Of a stretch of DNA of 64,000 nt, positions 58,143-64,000 are shown piece by piece. The notes below the pieces were generated by a model that saw only the letters and a list, made by a program, of their open reading frames with translations, was not told the DNA's origin and made no database searches. The translations under genes were made by a program, and so were the position numbers. Source of the stretch: Candidatus Saccharimonadales bacterium (GTDB lineage: Bacteria > Patescibacteriota > Saccharimonadia > Saccharimonadales > JANWIN01); the NCBI GenBank assembly GCA_025449905.1, contig JANWIN010000004.1:24656-88655 (forward strand), given 5' to 3'. The first letter of the stretch is position 1, and every line of letters starts with the position of its first letter.

Positions 58143-58412
58143 TCACACTTTTTTGAATCGCGGGACTTTTTTGCCTTGCCACTCCACGATTTCTAGCCAT
58201 TCACTCAGTGGTCTTACGAAAGTGGGCTTGTTTTTGATACGAAGCGAACTGTAAATTACGCAAATTTCGTCGTTGGCTTCAAGCACTCCCAATTCCTTCA
58301 CTTCATAAAGGCTGTCTGGGTTTTTATAGTGGGTGTATTTACCGCCAATTGTGACTTTAGTTCTTGCTTCTGCCAACTCTCTATTTAATTGCTCATCAGG
58401 TTTGTGGGCCAC
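58143..58412 (-). CDS. DUF1653 domain protein
   Basis: GKYTHYKNPDSLYEVKELGVLEANDEICVIYSSL matches the DUF1653 pattern; GTG start. Confidence 0.65.
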   Translation of the reverse strand: MAHKPDEQLNRELAEARTKVTIGGKYTHYKNPDSLYEVKELGVLEANDEICVIYSSLRIKNKPTFVRPLSEWLEIVEWQGKKVPRFKKV

Positions 58413-58669
58413 TAAAGTATATTTTAATAGTCTTTTCTAATAAATAAACCCATTTCGCGCTGGTTTCACCAGCTACCCGAGATACTTTTGTCTCCAGCAA
58501 CAAAAGTATCCAAAAATGCCGCAGGCGACTTCCGGCTCTATAGGAACTCCATTGTCAAGCGCTACCATGCTCACCGCTGCCGCTAAAGCTCCACGGCTTC
58601 GCTCTAAAGGTAGCTTTGACACTACGTTCCTCAGGAACCTCCAGAGCCTGAAAAGCCAGTGGTGTTCGG

Positions 58670-59125
58670 CTATTTTTTGAGGTAGCCGAGTTGGTGAAGG
58701 ATTTTGATAGTTGGCGGAGAGATAATTTCTAGCTTCGCTAATTCTTCTCTTGAAAACCAGTGAAGATCGGAAAGGTCATCTGTAGGATCGATGTTTATTT
58801 TATTGGCAACTTCTTTCATGGCAATTTTATAATCGAAAAATTTCATCTTTACTAGAACCCGCTCACCGGTGTTGCGCAGAGTCTTTTCGCTTTCGCCATG
58901 ATGGATTTCTTTGAAAGGCGTAATTTCGGCATCTTTTATATCAATTCCAGTTTCTTCCAGGGTTTCTCGAATCAATGCCTGAAGTTTTGTTTCGTCTTCT
59001 TCAATCCCACCACCTGGCACAACCCATAGCCCTTCATAGGCGCCGGTTTTGCCGAACAATACCTTGCCATCTTTAGAAAATATAAAAGCTCCAACAATAT
59101 CACGCTCAATAGTACGCATGCACAA
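58670..59125 (-). CDS. NUDIX hydrolase
   Basis: Nudix box GGGIEEDETKLQALIRETLEETGI. Confidence 0.75.
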   Translation of the reverse strand: MCMRTIERDIVGAFIFSKDGKVLFGKTGAYEGLWVVPGGGIEEDETKLQALIRETLEETGIDIKDAEITPFKEIHHGESEKTLRNTGERVLVKMKFFDYKIAMKEVANKINIDPTDDLSDLHWFSREELAKLEIISPPTIKILHQLGYLKK

Positions 59126-59152
59126 AATTATACGCCCGGAGGGGGTGTTCGA

Positions 59153-59425
59153 CTATTTCTTTGGTTTATTTAGATAGTAAAGACCTGCTAAAACAAAGTA
59201 TCCTGTGAAGGTAAGGGTGATGAGACCTTGTCCCAATATAAGGGGCATATCGTCTAGTTTTATAAACTTAACCAAAATGATTAATAGGGCGGCATAGCGG
59301 ATAGTCATTCCTAGCAGTGATAGATCCCGAGAAGATTTAGTTTTATGAACTCTTCTTATCTGTAGAACGATATCAATGTTCAAAGCCAAATAAGAAACTA
59401 GCGTCAACCAGTCTAATAAATCCAT
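59153..59425 (-). CDS. hypothetical small membrane protein
   Basis: 90 aa, three hydrophobic helices. Confidence 0.4.
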   Translation of the reverse strand: MDLLDWLTLVSYLALNIDIVLQIRRVHKTKSSRDLSLLGMTIRYAALLIILVKFIKLDDMPLILGQGLITLTFTGYFVLAGLYYLNKPKK

Positions 59426-59512
59426 AAGCGGAATTATACTTGTTGAGGCTGTTTAAGGCTATTTAGGAACGTGTGGTTGCAGTATTGGGCTAATCATTAG
59501 ATAATTATTTGA

Positions 59513-60943
59513 ATGAGCATATCTGATGTATCTCCTCGTGATTTCTTTTCTGAGACACCACCGCCTCGTATTATTGGGACTGAGTGCGAGTACAATGTAC
59601 AAAACTATTCAAAACTTTCCAGCAATATTAAACTTGTTGATTATATAAGTGATAGAGCTCTTGAAAATTGCGGAATAAGTCATTACGGGGGCTATTTAGA
59701 TAATGGCGCTCGCCTGTACTACGATGTCGGCCATTTAGAATATGCGACACCTGAATCATTAGGGCCACGTCAGGCAGCAGCAGCAGATTTAGCTGGCGTA
59801 TTAGTAATGAGAGAAGTTATAAAAAATAGTGAATACCCGCATAGCGGCGTTTTTCGTCTGGCCGGTTCATATCTGGAGCGGAATCCAGAAGCATCTGACG
59901 CACAGGGTGTAACCAGCGGTTATCACGAAAACTATTTAATACCGCGAAATATTACCCGGAGCCCTTTTATCAATATGCTTTTACCGGCACATCTGGCTAG
60001 CCGCATATGGTCTGGTGGAGGAACGCTTAAAACAAGTTTTGTTTTCTCACAGAAAGTTTGGGGCGTATTTGGACCACCCATTAGTGAATCATATGGCCGT
60101 AGGACCAGTCATCAACATAAACCAATGGTATTACTACCCACCGCAGCAATGGACAGCGATGTATTGGGCGACCCTAAGTGGGCGAGAGCTGAAGTTCGTT
60201 TTGGAGATGCCGGTCTGTCGCCAGCAAGCAGATTTCTGAGCTTAGCTACGACATCATTAGTGTTAAGAATTGTAGAACATAGAAAAAAATTGGACGATCA
60301 CCGTCTTTGGGCAGTAGATTTTAAAAACCCAGCCGATGCAGCTCATTTATTTGCTAGTGACCTAAGCCTTAAAGACACTGCTCCGACGACTGAAGGTAAA
60401 AGATATACAGCCCTAGATATGCAGGAAATCCTTGCAGGCTTGGCATTCGACTTAAGTATGGAAATAGACCTCCCTCCAGACGAAAGCCTAGCTTTAGCAA
60501 TTTGGCCCGATATTATCGCGAAAATGAAGGCCGCTAAACCAGAAAAAGGAGATTATGGTCTGTTGCCCAGCGAGCTGGATGTTGCAGCTAAGCATGCTTA
60601 TCTATCTCGCCATTTTAAGCCAAAAAATTTGCACCGGTCTAATGCGCCTGCTGCTTGGGCGAACTTAATATGGGATAGAATTGAGCCGGCTGGTGGCGGT
60701 ACTTTATGGTGGCGGAATCATCCATCTAAACTAGTTCCCGGTCATGAAATTGATGCGCTGACTGTGAGTCCTCCACAAACTCGGGCAGCTCTTAGGTCTA
60801 GATATATACAAGATTATGGCGACAGAATTAGCAAAATAAATTGGTGCAGCATTGATATAGTCGATGGAGATGATGTGACTAATAGCGAGAGCACTAAAGT
60901 ACAGACTGTCGCACTGCCCGACCCATATTTGGCTTTCTTATAA
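59513..60943 (+). CDS. PafA/Dop family Pup ligase/deamidase homologue (carboxylate-amine ligase fold)
   Basis: RIIGTECEYNV, NGARLYYDVGHLEYATPE and GYHENYLIPR align with the PafA/Dop N-terminal catalytic blocks (RIMGIETEFGV / NGARLYLDVGSHPEYAT / GCHENYLIVR); 476 aa. Confidence 0.8.
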   Translation: MSISDVSPRDFFSETPPPRIIGTECEYNVQNYSKLSSNIKLVDYISDRALENCGISHYGGYLDNGARLYYDVGHLEYATPESLGPRQAAAADLAGVLVMREVIKNSEYPHSGVFRLAGSYLERNPEASDAQGVTSGYHENYLIPRNITRSPFINMLLPAHLASRIWSGGGTLKTSFVFSQKVWGVFGPPISESYGRRTSHQHKPMVLLPTAAMDSDVLGDPKWARAEVRFGDAGLSPASRFLSLATTSLVLRIVEHRKKLDDHRLWAVDFKNPADAAHLFASDLSLKDTAPTTEGKRYTALDMQEILAGLAFDLSMEIDLPPDESLALAIWPDIIAKMKAAKPEKGDYGLLPSELDVAAKHAYLSRHFKPKNLHRSNAPAAWANLIWDRIEPAGGGTLWWRNHPSKLVPGHEIDALTVSPPQTRAALRSRYIQDYGDRISKINWCSIDIVDGDDVTNSESTKVQTVALPDPYLAFL

Positions 60944-60950
60944 GTTTAGG

Positions 60951-61223
60951 CTACTGACCATTAACCTGACGGAAACCATCAATAAAATCTTGAGGATTAC
61001 CAACTTCTAGAAGCCCATCAATTTCAGTCAATAATTCATCAACGCTCGCAGTTACCTTGTCTTCATTTTCGTCTAAGACATCATCAATGTCATCCATCCA
61101 CTCATCAGCTTTTGTTGCCAGTTGTGCGCCGCGCACTGCTGTTTCGCCGGCATTTGTAGCCACATCTGCGCTTTCTTCTTCGGTTCTTGTCTCACTTTTT
61201 GGGCGGTGTATTCTTTCTGACAT
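60951..61223 (-). CDS. Pup-like ubiquitin-like modifier (Pup/UBact family), C-terminal ...QVNGQ
   Basis: WMDDIDDVLDENEDK ... QDFIDGFRQVNGQ parallels Pup DDLLDEIDDVLEENAEDFVRAYVQKGGQ; acidic, predicted disordered N-terminus; terminal Gln; convergent with the PafA/Dop homologue 8 bp away. Confidence 0.65.
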   Translation of the reverse strand: MSERIHRPKSETRTEEESADVATNAGETAVRGAQLATKADEWMDDIDDVLDENEDKVTASVDELLTEIDGLLEVGNPQDFIDGFRQVNGQ

Positions 61224-61319
61224 AATAACTCCTTTATTTTTGATAATTGTATATAACAGTTCTGTTTTTTGAAAGCATAAACATCACTGAATTTGAGGAT
61301 GAGTTATAATTATCACATT

Positions 61320-61610
61320 ATGGCAAAGTTTACACGCGAGGATGTTTTAAAGCTGGCCAAATTAGCCAAGCTGGAATTATCTGATGATGAAGTGGGCAGT
61401 TTTGCCGTCGAGTTAAAGGAGATACTTGGTTATGTTGAACAACTCCAAGATGTTGACATCGAAGGATTGGAGCCAACTTCGCAGGTTACCGGCCTCACGA
61501 ATATTACCAGAGCAGATGAAGTGGTTGACTACGGCGTCACGCCCCAAGAACTGCTTAAAAACGTGCCAGCTGTCAAAGATGGCCAAATAAAAGTTAAGCG
61601 AGTGCTATAA
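61320..61610 (+). CDS. gatC: Asp-tRNA(Asn)/Glu-tRNA(Gln) amidotransferase subunit C
   Basis: About 96 aa; LAKLAKLELSDDEV ... typical GatC; start at the ATG at 61320 with a GAGGATGAG RBS. Confidence 0.8.
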   Translation: MAKFTREDVLKLAKLAKLELSDDEVGSFAVELKEILGYVEQLQDVDIEGLEPTSQVTGLTNITRADEVVDYGVTPQELLKNVPAVKDGQIKVKRVL

Positions 61611-63029
61611 ATGGCAGCTTGGCCAGCCATTACCGATATTGCTGAAGGTGTAAAGACCGGCCGCCTTAAAGCAGTTGAACAAGTAAAACAATCATTGAAA
61701 GCCATTGACGACGCGGCTGAATATAAAGCTATCATTGCCAAAACTGAAAAGCGCGCCCTAGAGCGCGCCGAAGAGCTAGATAAGCGTATATCCAATGGTG
61801 AAACTGTTGGCCGGCTGGCTGGTGTGCCGTTTATTGCAAAGGATAACTTTTTAGCTTACGGCGCCGACACCACCGCGGCCAGCAATATTTTGAAAGGCTT
61901 CGATGCACCTTATCAAGCTACGGCAATTGAGCGACTAGAGGATGAGGGTGCAATCTGTGTGGCTAAAGCCAATCTAGATGCCTTTGCTCATGGCTCATCA
62001 ACTGAAAACAGCGACTTTTTTACCACGCTCAACCCGCATGACAAAACCCGGGTACCAGGCGGCTCATCCGGAGGCTCTGCCACGTCTGTAGTTCTAGACA
62101 TGGTACCTTTTGCCATTGGCACCGATACTGGCGGCTCAATTCGCCAGCCAGCCAGCTTTACCGGAGCTGTTGGCTACAAACCTACTTACGGTTTAGTATC
62201 GCGTAGCGGCGTAGTGGCTATGGCAAGCAGCACGGATGTAATTGGGCCGCTAGCAAAGACAACTAAAGATGCGGCAATGGTTTTAGATGCCATGGCCGGC
62301 CAGGATACGTTGGACAGCACAACTATCGAAAGAGACGATAGCTACGCAGATTTATCAGCCAGCCTTAAAGGTAAAAAAATCGGCGTTATAAAAGAATACA
62401 TGAGCGAAGGACTGGACAAAGATGTAAAAAAACAGATTGACGAGGCGATTGCTAAGCTCAAAGAAGCAGGGGTAGAAATCAGCGAAGTCAGCTTGCCGTC
62501 GCTACCGCTAGCCTTGGCGGTTTACTACATTATTATGCCGGCGGAAGTCAGCAGTAACCTATCGCGTTATGATGGTCAGCGTTTTGGCTACACTTATGAG
62601 AAAGCCAAAGATTTAGATGAGAGCTACAGCAAATCGCGATCTAAGGGCTTTGGCCGTGAAGCCAAGCGTCGAATTATGATTGGCACCTATGTGCTGTCCA
62701 GCGGCTATTACGACGCTTATTATAAAAAAGCCCAAACGGTGCGAACTAAACTGATCAATGAATTCAACGAGGCCTTCAGTAATGTTGACTTTCTTCTTGG
62801 CCCAACGACGCCAACTACAGCTTTTAAGATAGGAGAGAATACAGACGACCCACTAAAAATGTATTTAAGTGACATTATGACTGTAGCTGCTAACTTAACC
62901 GGCGTGCCGGCTATCAGCATTCCGGCCGGTGAGGTTGACGGACTACCAGTTGGCCTGCAATTAATGGCTGCCCAGAGTCGTGACAAACAATTACTGCAAC
63001 TAGCCAAAGCTGCGGAGGCACTATGGTAA
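61611..63029 (+). CDS. gatA: Asp-tRNA(Asn)/Glu-tRNA(Gln) amidotransferase subunit A (amidase)
   Basis: Amidase signature GGSSGGSATSVV ... GTDTGGSIRQPAS. Confidence 0.9.
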   Translation: MAAWPAITDIAEGVKTGRLKAVEQVKQSLKAIDDAAEYKAIIAKTEKRALERAEELDKRISNGETVGRLAGVPFIAKDNFLAYGADTTAASNILKGFDAPYQATAIERLEDEGAICVAKANLDAFAHGSSTENSDFFTTLNPHDKTRVPGGSSGGSATSVVLDMVPFAIGTDTGGSIRQPASFTGAVGYKPTYGLVSRSGVVAMASSTDVIGPLAKTTKDAAMVLDAMAGQDTLDSTTIERDDSYADLSASLKGKKIGVIKEYMSEGLDKDVKKQIDEAIAKLKEAGVEISEVSLPSLPLALAVYYIIMPAEVSSNLSRYDGQRFGYTYEKAKDLDESYSKSRSKGFGREAKRRIMIGTYVLSSGYYDAYYKKAQTVRTKLINEFNEAFSNVDFLLGPTTPTTAFKIGENTDDPLKMYLSDIMTVAANLTGVPAISIPAGEVDGLPVGLQLMAAQSRDKQLLQLAKAAEALW

Positions 63030-63400
63030 GGTTGGTTCCAAAAGCAATGCGTCCCAAAAAAATGCGTAAAAAATGGCACAAATTACAGCAAAACCTATCC
63101 AAGCGGGAAAATTGGTCTCAGGCTATACTTGAAGCCGATAAATTATTGGATAGAGCCTTAAAAAAGAAACGCATGAAAGGCAAGAGCACTGGCGAGCGCC
63201 TGGCGGCTGCCCAAGATTTAATGAGCGACAACGACCAGATATGGAAAGCCCACAACAACGCTAAGAAACTAAAGGAAGACGCGCAGGCTAAATTTAGCAA
63301 AAACGAAGTTAAAAAAACCCTGTTGGCTTTTGGCCAAGCATTGAAAGATTTGGGTGCGCTAAGAAATGGCAAAGATAACGGTAAAAAAAATGGCAAATAA
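63023..63400 (+). CDS. hypothetical highly basic small protein inserted between gatA and gatB
   Basis: 125 aa, Lys/Arg-rich; start overlaps the gatA end and stop overlaps the gatB start. Confidence 0.45.
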   Translation: MVRLVPKAMRPKKMRKKWHKLQQNLSKRENWSQAILEADKLLDRALKKKRMKGKSTGERLAAAQDLMSDNDQIWKAHNNAKKLKEDAQAKFSKNEVKKTLLAFGQALKDLGALRNGKDNGKKNGK

Positions 63401-64000
63401 ATACCACTCAGCCATTGGCATTGAGTGCCATGTTCAGCTCAACACTAAAACCAAGCTGTTTGCCGCCGTTGGCAATGATGCACGCGGCGCCAAACCCAAC
63501 AGCTTAATAAGTCACATTTGCTTAGGAATGCCCGGCGCTTTGCCGGTATTAAATCAAAAAGCCGTGGAGTTGGCGGCGCGGATGGCTTTTGCCGTTAACA
63601 CCAAACCACAAAAATATAGTTACTTTGAGCGCAAACACTATTTTTATCCAGATCTACCCAAGGGTTATCAGATTACCCAGCTCCAGAAGCCTATTATTAA
63701 GGGTGGCTATGTTGAAATTGATTCGCTGTCCAGCGAAGATGGCCAGACTAAAAAAATTAAACTGAACCGCGTGCAGATAGAGGAGGACGCCGGCAAAAAT
63801 ACTCATCCGGCCGGTGCGGACTACTCACTTGTGGACTTAAATCGTGCTGGCACACCGCTATTTGAAATTGTTAGTGAGCCAGACATATCTAGCGCCGAAG
63901 AAGCCAAAACTTACGCCCGCGAACTCTATTTGCTAGTCAAATACTCAGGTGTTGGTGATGCCGACCTTTACCACGGTAACATGCGCTTTGACGTCAATGT
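63390..64000 (+). CDS. gatB: Asp-tRNA(Asn)/Glu-tRNA(Gln) amidotransferase subunit B (5' partial; continues past the window end)
   Basis: MANKYHSAIGIECHVQLNTKTKLF ... NRAGTPLFEIVSEPD matches the GatB N-terminus; no stop before 64000. Confidence 0.85.
   Translation, partial: MANKYHSAIGIECHVQLNTKTKLFAAVGNDARGAKPNSLISHICLGMPGALPVLNQKAVELAARMAFAVNTKPQKYSYFERKHYFYPDLPKGYQITQLQKPIIKGGYVEIDSLSSEDGQTKKIKLNRVQIEEDAGKNTHPAGADYSLVDLNRAGTPLFEIVSEPDISSAEEAKTYARELYLLVKYSGVGDADLYHGNMRFDVN

Noticed and set aside
58520-58560. Resemblance of ACUUCCGGCUCUAUAGGAAC to the RNase P RNA CR-I element
   Set aside because: The intergenic gap is only about 257 bp and lacks the other conserved regions (the CR-II GGGUGAAA and CR-V ACAGAA motifs, the P4 3' strand). 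It is treated as a generic candidate sRNA instead.
1-64000. Search for rRNA genes, IS elements/transposases, integrases and cas genes
   Set aside because: No ORF showed transposase (DDE), tyrosine/serine recombinase or Cas motifs, and no rRNA-like conserved stretches were seen. Absence is based on reading by eye only.

Overview
This 64-kb window is a gene-dense chromosomal segment with standard genetic code: TGA is used as a stop (e.g. at the gap/rpiB junction). Gene content points to a reduced, monoderm-like genome consistent with a Candidatus Saccharibacteria (TM7)/CPR-type organism. The signals are many small hypothetical proteins, tandem type IV pilin-like genes, a DUF2207 protein with a poly-Gly tail, a two-subunit (split) transketolase and a trmD locus without rimM/rplS. 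This taxonomic call is an inference only. Housekeeping blocks: trmD; an NDH-2/PIG-L deacetylase/metallopeptidase block; pyrC-pyrD; pheS-pheT; an ABC exporter with FKBP, grx and trxB; a central-carbon cluster (ppa, NUDIX, gap, rpiB, an rpe-like gene, a PaaX-like regulator, split tkt, fba, pfkB); uvrB; gatC-gatA-(small basic ORF)-gatB. Regulation and signalling: a sensor kinase with two single-domain response regulators, a Crp/Fnr regulator, a Fur-family regulator (Zur-like by context) diverging from a ZIP transporter across a palindrome, and a PaaX-family regulator. One tRNA-Gln(CTG) sits on the minus strand with an 18-bp direct repeat of its 3' end 152 bp away. Most notable observations: (1) a Pup-like small modifier gene convergent with a PafA/Dop-family ligase homologue, with no proteasome or Mpa/ARC gene in the window; (2) a 1199-aa SNF2-type helicase fused to a class I SAM methyltransferase, divergently paired with a 716-aa protein of no recognisable family; (3) four tandem paralogous type IV pilin-like genes; (4) a 44-bp palindromic repeat present three times, two copies bracketing the PaaX-like regulator; (5) an unannotated 56-aa KGG-repeat stress-protein gene with its own RBS and terminator. 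No CRISPR array, rRNA, transposase or integrase was seen.
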